From Bdellovibrionota bacterium (GTDB lineage: Bacteria > Bdellovibrionota_C > UBA2361 > JBIKWN01), in assembly GCA_044356295.1 (NCBI GenBank), contig JBIKWN010000020.1, forward strand, positions 1 to 37,898: a stretch of 37,898 nt of DNA, in the 5' to 3' direction. Below, in pieces: positions 17,011 to 26,296 of the stretch. The notes beneath the pieces were generated by a model. That model ran no database searches. It saw only the letters and a list, made by a program, of their open reading frames with translations, and had not been told where the DNA came from. The translations under genes were made by a program, and so were the position numbers. Within the stretch, counting starts at the first letter, position 1. Each line of letters opens with the position of its first letter.

Positions 17011-17808
17011 TTAGAAAGGCATTCTGCCACCAGGACTTTTAGTCATCACATCGTACCCGTCAGGGGTGACCAAAATAGTATGCTCCCACTGTGCAGATAG
17101 TTTATTGTCAGCTGTACGAACCGTCCAACCATCAAGATTGGAGAGGATAGTTTTGTGAGTACCGAGATTAATCATTGGCTCAATTGTAAAAGTCATCCCA
17201 ACTTTCATTTGTTCACCTAATCCACGTTTACCTACATGAATGACTTGTGGTGGTTCATGAAAGTCACGACCAAGCCCATGTCCAGTATACTCGCGAACGA
17301 TGCCATAATTTTTTCCTGTAGAGGCTATGTATGCTTGAATCGCAGCTCCGATATCCCCTATTCTGCCACCCGGTTTTACCTGTTCAATTCCGACTTTCAA
17401 ACACTCAAGTGTCACGTCGACCAACGTCTGAGCCTCAGATGAGCAAGCCTCACGACCTCCTACAAAGTACATTCGAGAAGCATCTCCATGAAATCCATTT
17501 TTGATACTCGTGACGTCGACATTAATAATGTCTCCTTCTTTGAGAGAAACATACTGACTCGGAATTCCATGACAGATTACTTCATTGAGCGAAGTACAAC
17601 ACGATTTTGGATAACCTTTATAATTAAGCGTCGCTGGAGTAGCGCCATGATCGAGCATTGTCCGGTGTACAAACGTATTAATATCCTCGGTTGAGATACC
17701 AGGCTTAATAAAATCATTCAGTGCATCAAGAATAAGAGCAGTCACTTGACATGACTCTCTCATAAGGGCGATCTCTTCTTCTGTTTTAATCGGAATTTTA
17801 TAAAGCAT
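17011..17808 (-). CDS. map: Methionine aminopeptidase type I
   Basis: SCCTSLNEVICHGIP, GDIINVDVT, GFHGD, YTGHG, FHEPP, FTIEPMIN, SAQWEHT. Confidence 0.97.
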   Translation of the reverse strand: MLYKIPIKTEEEIALMRESCQVTALILDALNDFIKPGISTEDINTFVHRTMLDHGATPATLNYKGYPKSCCTSLNEVICHGIPSQYVSLKEGDIINVDVTSIKNGFHGDASRMYFVGGREACSSEAQTLVDVTLECLKVGIEQVKPGGRIGDIGAAIQAYIASTGKNYGIVREYTGHGLGRDFHEPPQVIHVGKRGLGEQMKVGMTFTIEPMINLGTHKTILSNLDGWTVRTADNKLSAQWEHTILVTPDGYDVMTKSPGGRMPF

Positions 17809-17823
17809 TGGTCAGTTAAAAAC

Positions 17824-18282
17824 TTATTTCTTGGCAAGTTCAAGTATATATCGAAATTCTGATTCTTTCACCTGTTGAACACTTAACCTACTACCTTTTT
17901 GCATCAAAGCCATTCCCGAAAGAGGTTTGCACTTTTTAAGCTGTTCTAATGTAATTGTTTTAGGGAATTTTTCAACAAAAGCAAGATCTGGGCAAAACCA
18001 CCGAGGGGCATCTTTGCTAGCCTTCGGGTCGTAGTACTCACTTTTAACGTCAAATTGAGTTGGATCAGGATAAGCGGTTTTTTTAACTTCAACTAATCCT
18101 ACGATGCCAATAGGCTGCTCTACAGAATGATAATAGAGAACTAAATCGCCAAGCTGCATCGCCTTGAGGTTATTTCTAGCCTGATAATTTCTGACCCCAT
18201 CCCAAAGAGTCCACCCTTTTTTTTGAACTGAATCAAGAGAACACTCACTGGGTTCACTTTTTACAAGCCAATAATTTTTCAT
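17824..18282 (-). CDS. EVE domain protein
   Basis: YWLVKSEP, WDGVRNYQARN, YHS, YYDPK, RLSVQ. The start is moved to ATG 18282 because the domain begins at MKNYWL. Confidence 0.93.
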   Translation of the reverse strand: MKNYWLVKSEPSECSLDSVQKKGWTLWDGVRNYQARNNLKAMQLGDLVLYYHSVEQPIGIVGLVEVKKTAYPDPTQFDVKSEYYDPKASKDAPRWFCPDLAFVEKFPKTITLEQLKKCKPLSGMALMQKGSRLSVQQVKESEFRYILELAKK

Positions 18283-18405
18283 ATAACTACAACCAAGACA
18301 CCGAACAAAATACCTTACAAAACGGTATACATGAATAATAATTAATTTTTCTGTATGAGGGTACAACCTATATCAATTAACGAATTTATGATTAAATAGG
18401 CTTAC

Positions 18406-19074
18406 TTGATATACCTTTCGCTCAATTCATTTACATCACCAAAAAACGAATCTCGATCAGATACGTCTTTCCTTGCAGGCAGAATAGCCGCTTCAAGCGC
18501 ATTAAAGAAAATATCGATACACTCTCATGTTGGTAAAAATGAAGAAGGACTGCCCGTATGGCCTGAAGGAATTTGCGGCTCTATTAGTCATACCGAAGAA
18601 CAAGCTGTAGCAGTAGTAGGTTTAAAAACTGAATATCTCAATCTTGGTGTTGATATTGAAGTAGACTACTTAAAAGCTCAAAAGGTTTTTCATCGAACTG
18701 GAACCTTACAAGAACAACAAACCTATCAAACTCTTCAACAAGCCGCCCAGTCAGAGCAAACGAATCAACTTCCACATGAACTTTTTCCACTTTTCATTTT
18801 TTCAGCAAAAGAGAGTTTTTATAAAGCTTTTAACTCTCTCATCGCATTTCCACTTCGTTTTAATGACATTTCGCTTTCAGTGCCTGAATCAGGTTTTGAA
18901 CAAAATATCTCTTTTGATGAAACTCTCATTCCTCATTTTCGAGGAACAGCCAAGCTTGTAGCTTCCGAAAGACTTGCTCCATTCCTTCAAGGAATATTTA
19001 TAACATTAGATATTATGCAAATAAGCCCACATACAATTATTACGATTATTTCTGCCAAAAACTCTAAACTATGA
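18406..19074 (+). CDS. 4'-phosphopantetheinyl transferase (EntD/Sfp type)
   Basis: FLAGRIAA, G.PVWP.G..GSISHT, LGVDIE, FSAKESFYKA. The start codon is uncertain. Confidence 0.88.
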   Translation: MIYLSLNSFTSPKNESRSDTSFLAGRIAASSALKKISIHSHVGKNEEGLPVWPEGICGSISHTEEQAVAVVGLKTEYLNLGVDIEVDYLKAQKVFHRTGTLQEQQTYQTLQQAAQSEQTNQLPHELFPLFIFSAKESFYKAFNSLIAFPLRFNDISLSVPESGFEQNISFDETLIPHFRGTAKLVASERLAPFLQGIFITLDIMQISPHTIITIISAKNSKL

Positions 19075-19718
19075 AAGCTATATTATTTGATTTAGATGGG
19101 ACGCTCATTGATTCAATCGAACTCATTGTTTCCTGTTACACAAAAACTATTGAAATTCATCTTGGATATACACCTGAGCGTTCCTGGATTTTATCTTGTA
19201 TTGGTAAACCTCTACGCCCTGCACTTGAACAATTAGCCCCAGGTCGTGGAGAGAACTTAACGGAAACATACCGTAACCATCAAACACTCCTACATGATTC
19301 ATTGGTTAAGCCATTTGAAGGAATTCAAGAAACACTCTTCACCCTAAAAAAGAAAGGATTTCAGTTAGGTATTGTCACTTCAAAGGGTCGAGCTGGAACG
19401 AACAAAGCACTTGCCCTTATGCCTGAAATCACACCATTATTTTCTTCGATTATTACCGTTGATGACTCGTTGACTCATAAACCTGAAGCAGAACCACTTC
19501 TTCTTGCGCTCAGTGAAATCAATCAAAAAAATCATCACCCTCAACATCTCCAACCTAAACAGTGCTACTACGTAGGAGATACAATTTACGACATGCAGGC
19601 TGCCGTGAATGCATCAATGAAACCAGTCGGAGTTCTCTGGGGTGTTGCTGATAGAAACGCACTGAGTGAATACACTAATACAATTCTAATAAATATTGAA
19701 GATTTAACAAAACTATAA
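19071..19718 (+). CDS. HAD-superfamily IA hydrolase (PpaX/Gph-like)
   Basis: ILFDLDGTLIDS, IVTSK, HKPEAEP, YVGDTIYD. Confidence 0.9.
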   Translation: MKAILFDLDGTLIDSIELIVSCYTKTIEIHLGYTPERSWILSCIGKPLRPALEQLAPGRGENLTETYRNHQTLLHDSLVKPFEGIQETLFTLKKKGFQLGIVTSKGRAGTNKALALMPEITPLFSSIITVDDSLTHKPEAEPLLLALSEINQKNHHPQHLQPKQCYYVGDTIYDMQAAVNASMKPVGVLWGVADRNALSEYTNTILINIEDLTKL

Positions 19719-20345
19719 ATGATTTCAAAGCGAATTGCTCGAAACATAGAAGGAGTCATTAATCCAAGAAGTATGTGCTTTCAATGCATGAGACCAAGTG
19801 ATCTTTGTGTTTGTAAACTCATCCCACAATTCACTGCACATTGTAATATTCTTTTATTACAGCACCCACATGAAAAGAAAAAGTATCATTCAACATCCAA
19901 GCTGATAGTGAATGCAATTAAAAATGCAAAGATACTTCGAGGGATAAATTTTTCTGAAGAAACATTATTCTCAACGCAATCAAAAGAGAATTTTTATCTT
20001 TTATATCCCGGCGTCGATGCTGTTGATGCGTCAGAGGTCTCGTTATCATCACTCGATACGCTTATCGCCATAGATGGAACATGGGTAGAAGCTCGAAAAA
20101 TTGTTTATCGAAATCCTTTTTTACGAACCCTAAAAAAAATATCTTTTAAAGAACAACTTCGCTCGGAATACCTTATTAGAAAACAACCAAAAGATTTTTG
20201 CTTAAGTACATTAGAATCAATTGGACATGTACTACAGCGAACAGCACATTCAGACGATCATAAACTGCACTACGACTCATTATTTCATGCATTTCATACT
20301 ATGGTTGAAAAGCAGTATGCTTTTTTCCCTAGAAATCAAAAATAA
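19719..20345 (+). CDS. DTW-domain protein (tRNA aminocarboxypropyltransferase TapT-like)
   Basis: CxxC...CxC, LQHPHE, LLYP, IDGTW, YLIRKQP, LSTLE. Confidence 0.88.
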   Translation: MISKRIARNIEGVINPRSMCFQCMRPSDLCVCKLIPQFTAHCNILLLQHPHEKKKYHSTSKLIVNAIKNAKILRGINFSEETLFSTQSKENFYLLYPGVDAVDASEVSLSSLDTLIAIDGTWVEARKIVYRNPFLRTLKKISFKEQLRSEYLIRKQPKDFCLSTLESIGHVLQRTAHSDDHKLHYDSLFHAFHTMVEKQYAFFPRNQK

Positions 20346-20374
20346 ATCATTATTTCTAAGCATTAAAAACTACT

Positions 20375-20401
20375 TTAGTTACACTTAACCTCTGACGATA
20401 T
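20375..20401 (+). promoter_or_regulatory. Sigma-28-like promoter
   Basis: TTAG-N15-GACGATAT versus the consensus TAAA-N15-GCCGATAA, upstream of the YjfB-like gene. Confidence 0.3.
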
Positions 20402-20460
20402 GTCTATGTGATAGGCAAGAATGCTTTATCAAAGTTATATTAAAAAATTTGCAAGGAAGC

Positions 20461-20646
20461 ATGGATCTTAATTCACTTTCCATAGAATCAATATCTGCCA
20501 GCAAACAATCACAAATTGCTCTGGAAGCACAAGTCGCTGTCGCTCAGAAAGCAAATAAACAGAATGAAGTAGCCGGCCAATTAATTATTGCCGCTGTAAA
20601 ATCAGCTGAGCCTGGCAAAGGCGGCTTGGTCGACACTACTGCGTAA
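20461..20646 (+). CDS. Small YjfB-like ('putative motility') protein
   Basis: AAGGA RBS before ATG 20461; Q..VAV..KA......G..I......PGKGG.VD..A pattern. Confidence 0.6.
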   Translation: MDLNSLSIESISASKQSQIALEAQVAVAQKANKQNEVAGQLIIAAVKSAEPGKGGLVDTTA

Positions 20647-20752
20647 TAAAGATTTCTACTGCTTTTCTGGTGATTTTAACTTGATTTTTCCTATCATTTA
20701 GGCAGATTCCCTTTCTTTGATAAGAACCCCAAAAAACTGATACAATCTAAAT

Positions 20753-22681
20753 GTGTCAGATAAAATCATTGATTCAATATCCCTACCTCAGGGTCTCCGG
20801 CTTCTTGACAACTCAAAGCTCAAACTTGTAGCCAGAGAGCTTCGAGAAGAGCTTATTGATTCAGTTGCTGAAAGCGGTGGTCACTTCGCATCGAGCTTAG
20901 GAACTACAGAACTTACCGTGATCCTTCATCATCTTTTTGAAACTCCAAAAGATAAAATTGTTTGGGATGTAGGACACCAAGCGTACATACATAAAATGAT
21001 TACTGGTCGTCGTGATCGAATGCATTCAATTCGAAAAAAAGGTGGAATCTCTGGATTCTTAAAACGAGACGAAAGTGAATACGATACATTTGGTGCAGGA
21101 CATGCTGGTACTAGTATATCTGCTGCGGTAGGAATGAGTGTTGCTCATCAACAAAAAGAATCTGTGCCGTTTGTCATCTCGGTGATTGGCGATGGATCAC
21201 TAACTTCAGGGATGGCATTTGAAGCATTAAATCATGCAGGACATCTTAACCTAAAAAAATTCATCGTCGTTCTTAATGATAACGAGATGTCTATTTCTGA
21301 AAACGTTGGTGCTCTCTCAAGACTATTTTCCAAGACTGTTACTTCACAAGCATACACTCAAGCACGTGCAGGGTTTAAACAGCTCCATAAATCTGGGTAC
21401 GTTCCTGATCTCGTGTATAAAGTTCTCGACCGCGCTGAAGAAGCTGCCCAAAGTTTCGTCTCGCATACAGGTGTATTATTTGAAGCGTTTGGTTTCCGTT
21501 ATATTGGTCCAATCGATGGGCATAATATAGATGAACTCTCGACAGCATTACAGCATGCCAAAAACCAAGATCGTCCAGTTCTTGTTCATATTCGTACTGC
21601 AAAAGGAAAAGGATATGAACCAGCCGAAGTAGATCCAATCACTTGGCACGGAGTCACACCTTTTGATCGAAGTGAAGCAAAGTTTCTAGCAAAAGCTTCA
21701 TCAACTAAAACTCCTCCTTCTTATACGAAAGTATTTGCTGACAGTCTCTCAGAAATTTCAAGCTTAGATGAAGGTAGTAATATCGTTGCGATAACAGCTG
21801 CAATGCCTGGAGGCACTGGGCTTGATAGCTACGCCAAAAAACATCCTGATAAATTTTTTGATGTCGGCATCTGTGAACAACATGCTGTCACTTTTGCTGC
21901 TGGGCTAGCGTGTGAAGGTAAAAAACCTGTCTGTGCAATTTATAGTACTTTTCTTCAAAGAGGTTATGACCAAGTAGTGCATGATGTATGCATTCAGAAA
22001 CTTCCAGTCGTCTTTGCAATGGACAGAGGTGGAGTTGTCGGAAATGACGGAGAAACTCATCAAGGAGTCTTCGATATAAGTTACCTTCGAAGCCTTCCCC
22101 ACATGGTGCTCATGGCTCCGAAAGATGAAGCAGAGCTTCGACAGATGCTCTATACAGCAGTGAAACATGATGGACCAATAGCAGTAAGATATCCTCGAGG
22201 AAACGGTATTGGAGTTCCACTTGATGCACCGTTTTGTAGCCTTCCAATTGGTAAAGCAGAGTTACTTACCTCTGGTAATGATATTTTACTGATTGCTTAT
22301 GGAACGATGGTTCAAACCGCATTAAGCGTAGCTGAAAAATATAAAGAAACTTTTGGTATAACCCCTACAGTCATCAATGCACGTTTTGCAAAACCGCTTG
22401 ACGAAAAACTACTGTGTTCTGAAATCCCACGTCATAAAATTGTTGCTACCTTAGAAGACCATTCATTAATGAATGGTTTTGGATCGGCCGTTTTAGAATG
22501 CATTAACGATAACCATCTCGTACTTAAAGGTGAGCTTCTCCGTTTTGGGATTAAGGATGAGTTTGTTACTCACGGTTCACAGGCTGAGCAACATTGCATG
22601 AATCAATGTGATGTTACGAGTGTTTTTCAAACTCTATCTAAACAGATGGATCTGATTGGAGCATTTAAGAAAGCTTCTTAA
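20753..22681 (+). CDS. dxs: 1-deoxy-D-xylulose-5-phosphate synthase
   Basis: GGHFASSLG, WDVGHQAY, GDGSLTSG...LNDNEMSI, GPIDGH, ITAAM..GTG, DVGICEQH, YSTFLQR, DGETHQG. Confidence 0.98.
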   Translation: MSDKIIDSISLPQGLRLLDNSKLKLVARELREELIDSVAESGGHFASSLGTTELTVILHHLFETPKDKIVWDVGHQAYIHKMITGRRDRMHSIRKKGGISGFLKRDESEYDTFGAGHAGTSISAAVGMSVAHQQKESVPFVISVIGDGSLTSGMAFEALNHAGHLNLKKFIVVLNDNEMSISENVGALSRLFSKTVTSQAYTQARAGFKQLHKSGYVPDLVYKVLDRAEEAAQSFVSHTGVLFEAFGFRYIGPIDGHNIDELSTALQHAKNQDRPVLVHIRTAKGKGYEPAEVDPITWHGVTPFDRSEAKFLAKASSTKTPPSYTKVFADSLSEISSLDEGSNIVAITAAMPGGTGLDSYAKKHPDKFFDVGICEQHAVTFAAGLACEGKKPVCAIYSTFLQRGYDQVVHDVCIQKLPVVFAMDRGGVVGNDGETHQGVFDISYLRSLPHMVLMAPKDEAELRQMLYTAVKHDGPIAVRYPRGNGIGVPLDAPFCSLPIGKAELLTSGNDILLIAYGTMVQTALSVAEKYKETFGITPTVINARFAKPLDEKLLCSEIPRHKIVATLEDHSLMNGFGSAVLECINDNHLVLKGELLRFGIKDEFVTHGSQAEQHCMNQCDVTSVFQTLSKQMDLIGAFKKAS

Positions 22682-23223
22682 CGTATTCCTAAAATCTCAT
22701 CAGTAAAACTACGCTTTAAACTATATTGAGAGAGCCAAATACCAAGAAAGCTGGCAGCAAAATCAGTTCCGGCCACTACCCCTTTTTTTTCACCGTTGTA
22801 GTAAAGTGTTGTTCCAATCTCAGGGACAAATTCGATTGCATAGGTGTCACCCTCTTTTACATTTTGATAAAGAGCATTCATCTGTTCATTTTGAACACTG
22901 ACTTTTTGATAGGGTATTTCTTCATTATCTTTCATAAAAGCACCGCCACTTTCTATGAAGTCTTCTCGTTTTAAATCTCTTTTGTAGGTTAATTCGAGTC
23001 TCAGTGGAGTTTTGCCGAGGGTTGCTTGAACATCCTTAACGTCTGCTGGAACAAAAACTTTGGCGTGATATACGGTAAAGCCCCAGTATGTATAGGTAGC
23101 TTCACCTCGAAGTGGCAGATCGTTTGTTCTGAAATTTTCTGCAAATGACAGATTGATAAAGAGAAAAAATAGCAAGAAAGAAACTATTAATTTTGATTGA
23201 AATAAATTTTTCATAAAATGCAT
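22678..23223 (-). CDS. Chalcone isomerase-like periplasmic protein
   Basis: Signal peptide; G......WGF.VY.A, L.L.Y.R, V..GD, F...F.GIWL. The start may be ATG 23214. Confidence 0.8.
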   Translation of the reverse strand: MHFMKNLFQSKLIVSFLLFFLFINLSFAENFRTNDLPLRGEATYTYWGFTVYHAKVFVPADVKDVQATLGKTPLRLELTYKRDLKREDFIESGGAFMKDNEEIPYQKVSVQNEQMNALYQNVKEGDTYAIEFVPEIGTTLYYNGEKKGVVAGTDFAASFLGIWLSQYSLKRSFTDEILGIR

Positions 23224-23238
23224 TAAAATAAGGAATGG

Positions 23239-24051
23239 TTAGTTTACGTTTATCTGAACCTTTCCACCAATACCAATATCAACATCATCTATAAACCTAC
23301 CCATATTTTTAGCGATCTCAATCCGTCCATAATCATCTTTAAGGATTATATTGTCATTTTGTGGAACATCCCCAAATGTCCTGCCAACGATTATTTTTTT
23401 TGAAATTGTATCGTTGAATTTCACGCTCAAAACTTGGTTGCTCTTAAAATGAAAAGAATCCCACTGCTCATGCAGGATATTTAAGTGAAGCGAACCAAAT
23501 CGATTAATTTGAATAACTTCTGAATCAATATAATTTTCACAAATGACTGCCTCAGTATATGCAGCAATTTTCAATTGTGATGACTCAATTTCTGGTCCTA
23601 GTTGGTTAATCGAGATGCCATTAGCAAGATGTGCTGCGGCAGGAGCAAATATATCTCTACCATGGAAAATAGATGACACTTCCCTACGCATATAGTGAGG
23701 ATTCTCTATCGAATATACTTTTTGAATCCCTCCCAGTAATCTGGCTGCTGGGATCAAAACACCATTGTCTGGACCAATTAAGATATCACCTCGTCCCACC
23801 TGTATAGCCAAGGCCATCCTGCTCGTGCCAACCCCAGGATCACAAACACAGACATGATATCCAACAGGAAACGTACGAAGGGTTTCAAGTGTACGAGCAG
23901 CGGCTATAATATTAAATTCTGGAAGACCATGCATTAAGTGTATCAAGCGAGCTTGTGGAGCAATCTCGAATGCAGCAGCTTCCATTGCCCCAACACCCTG
24001 GGTTTGTACGCCAAAATCACTGGTGAGCGTTATAAGAGGTATGTTCGTCAT
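23239..24051 (-). CDS. SAM hydroxide adenosyltransferase (DUF62, SAM-dependent chlorinase/fluorinase superfamily)
   Basis: ITLTSDFG, CDPGVGTSR, GPDNG, FHGRDIFAP, RFG, IEIAKN. Confidence 0.88.
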   Translation of the reverse strand: MTNIPLITLTSDFGVQTQGVGAMEAAAFEIAPQARLIHLMHGLPEFNIIAAARTLETLRTFPVGYHVCVCDPGVGTSRMALAIQVGRGDILIGPDNGVLIPAARLLGGIQKVYSIENPHYMRREVSSIFHGRDIFAPAAAHLANGISINQLGPEIESSQLKIAAYTEAVICENYIDSEVIQINRFGSLHLNILHEQWDSFHFKSNQVLSVKFNDTISKKIIVGRTFGDVPQNDNIILKDDYGRIEIAKNMGRFIDDVDIGIGGKVQINVN

Positions 24052-24168
24052 AGTTGTTTAATATCACATTTACACAACAAAAATCAGACATTTTTTGGCA
24101 TATGTCATTCGAATATCAAGGGGGCAAAGATCTTGTCCTTTCACCTCATTGAAAGCATGATAACCGCT

Positions 24169-24714
24169 ATGAAATTATTTTCTCGACCCATTCTTATTGT
24201 CTTCTCTATCGCTATACTTTCGTCTTTTATTTCTTGTGGTTCGATGAAACCTCAAGACTTTGAACAAGAATCTTTAAAGCTAGTTCCTGAACAATATTTC
24301 TTAGGCACCACACGTGGCGTTGGAGTTTTTTTTGACCGATTCGGAGACCTACAAACAAGCTTTACCGTTGACCTTGTAGGAACATGGGACGGCAAAGTTC
24401 TTACATTGACAGAAAATCTTCTCTATAAAAATGGAGATAAGCTAACCCGAATCTACAACATTGAGAAAAAAAATGAACATGAATACATAGGACATACTCC
24501 AGACGTCGAAGGAGATATCAATATCGAAGTGTACGGTAATACAATGAAGTGGATATATAACCTCAATCAAGACATAGATAAATCGAAGGTTCTGCTACAT
24601 TTCAATGATTGGATGCACCTTCAGCCTGACGGTATAATCCTTAACCGCGCCTACGCTTCTAAATACGGTATTGGGCTTGGGGAAGTATTTATGAGTATCC
24701 GAAAGGTACCGTAA
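24169..24714 (+). CDS. DUF3833 family lipoprotein
   Basis: Signal peptide with Cys (FISC); YF.G....G...DRFG....F.V...G.WDG..L.L.E, F.DWM.LQ.DG...NR...KYG. The start is trimmed from the ORF-track 23938, which overlaps the divergent gene. Confidence 0.82.
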   Translation: MKLFSRPILIVFSIAILSSFISCGSMKPQDFEQESLKLVPEQYFLGTTRGVGVFFDRFGDLQTSFTVDLVGTWDGKVLTLTENLLYKNGDKLTRIYNIEKKNEHEYIGHTPDVEGDINIEVYGNTMKWIYNLNQDIDKSKVLLHFNDWMHLQPDGIILNRAYASKYGIGLGEVFMSIRKVP

Positions 24715-24734
24715 AATAGTATCTTTCGAAGTGC

Positions 24735-26291
24735 ATGATTACCGATCTTTCAAAAAACCTTCTTCGCCTCAACACTGAACTTTCTAAAGTTTTCGAACCT
24801 CCATTTGATGCTTCCATAGAGCAACACCACAAACGTGGAAAGCTGCTTGCTCGAGAACGAGTCGAACAGCTCATCGATACGGGGAGTTCATTTCTTGAAT
24901 TAAGTCCACTCGCAGGGTTATCCCTTTATGATAACGTTCGTGCAGGTGCTGGAATTATTACTGGCATAGGACAAATTAATGGAACTCACTGCGTTATTAT
25001 TGCTAATGATGCAACAGTCAAGGGTGGGACCTACTTCCCGATGACAGTCAAAAAACATCTTCGCGCTCAAGAAATTGCGTTACAAAATAAATTGCCTTGT
25101 GTGTATCTCGTCGACTCAGGTGGTGCATTTTTACCGATGCAAGATGAAGTGTTTCCGGATAGAGATCACTTTGGAAGAATTTTTTATAACCAAGCACAAA
25201 TGAGTGCTCAAGGTATCCCACAAATCTCGGTGGTCATGGGATCGTGTACTGCTGGTGGAGCGTACATACCAGCAATGAGTGATGAATCTGTCATCGTAAA
25301 AAATCAAGGAACAATTTTTCTTGGTGGTCCTCCATTAGTGAAAGCAGCAACAGGTGAAATAGTAACTGCTGAAGAATTAGGTGGTGGCAATGTTCACACA
25401 GAAACAAGTGGTGTTTGCGATTACTTAGCCGAAAATGATCATGATGCCTTAGCAATTGCAAGGTCAATTGTCAGTCACCGTGCACAAGCATGTTCTGGTT
25501 TAAGTTTAGATAGAATTGCAGAGCGAAAACCAAGATTTAATCAGAGTGAAATTTTAGAGCTTATCCCTCAAGAGAGGAAAAAACATTTCCCAATGAGAGA
25601 TATCATTGAACGAATTGTTGATGATAGCGAGCTTGATGAATTTAAAAAATTATACGGCACAACTATTATCTGTGGATTTACTCGAGTAAAAGGTGCGTTA
25701 TGTGGGCTCATCGCAAATGATGGGATCTTATTTCCTGAAAGCGCAGAGAAAGCTGCTCATTTCGTACAGCTCTGTGATCGTCGCAGGATTCCAATTGTTT
25801 TTTTCCACAATATCTCTGGGTTTATGGTTGGAAAAGAATACGAACACCAAGGAATAGCTCGAGCTGGAGCAAAAATGGTCACTGCTGTAAGCTGTGCCAC
25901 AGTGCCTAAAATTTCATTTGTACTGGGTGGCTCTTTTGGCGCTGGAAATTACGGAATGTGTGGACGTGCATATTCTCCACGATTCCTCTTTATGTGGGCA
26001 TCAGCACTCATCAGTGTTATGGGACCAGAACAAGCAGCAAAAGTTCTTCGTGATGTTCGTGAAGAGTCAGCACTCAAAAAAGGATCCCCACTATCGGAAC
26101 AAGAACTCAAAACATATCAAAACGAGATTGAATCCCAATATTTCAAACAAAGCGATGCATTCTATTCTACAGCACGACTTTGGGATGATGGGATAATCGA
26201 TCCGCTTCAAACAAGAGATGTATTAGCATTGGCACTTTCATATTGTCATATACCGAAAGAGCCTGCGCAGTTTGGAATTTTTAGAATGTAA
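24735..26291 (+). CDS. liuB: Methylcrotonyl-CoA carboxylase carboxyltransferase (beta) subunit
   Basis: [68 protein letters not shown]. Confidence 0.92.
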   Translation: MITDLSKNLLRLNTELSKVFEPPFDASIEQHHKRGKLLARERVEQLIDTGSSFLELSPLAGLSLYDNVRAGAGIITGIGQINGTHCVIIANDATVKGGTYFPMTVKKHLRAQEIALQNKLPCVYLVDSGGAFLPMQDEVFPDRDHFGRIFYNQAQMSAQGIPQISVVMGSCTAGGAYIPAMSDESVIVKNQGTIFLGGPPLVKAATGEIVTAEELGGGNVHTETSGVCDYLAENDHDALAIARSIVSHRAQACSGLSLDRIAERKPRFNQSEILELIPQERKKHFPMRDIIERIVDDSELDEFKKLYGTTIICGFTRVKGALCGLIANDGILFPESAEKAAHFVQLCDRRRIPIVFFHNISGFMVGKEYEHQGIARAGAKMVTAVSCATVPKISFVLGGSFGAGNYGMCGRAYSPRFLFMWASALISVMGPEQAAKVLRDVREESALKKGSPLSEQELKTYQNEIESQYFKQSDAFYSTARLWDDGIIDPLQTRDVLALALSYCHIPKEPAQFGIFRM

Positions 26292-26296
26292 TCCTC

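Noticed and set aside
18283..18366. N-terminal extension of the EVE ORF given in the track
   Set aside because: The domain begins at MKNYWLVKSEP; the extension is divergent promoter region.
23239..24051. Fluorinase or chlorinase assignment
   Set aside because: It retains the Asp-Arg-His hydrolase triad and has no halometabolite cluster context.
23938..24168. Long N-terminus of the DUF3833 ORF
   Set aside because: It overlaps the divergent DUF62 gene, and the signal peptide begins at Met 24169.
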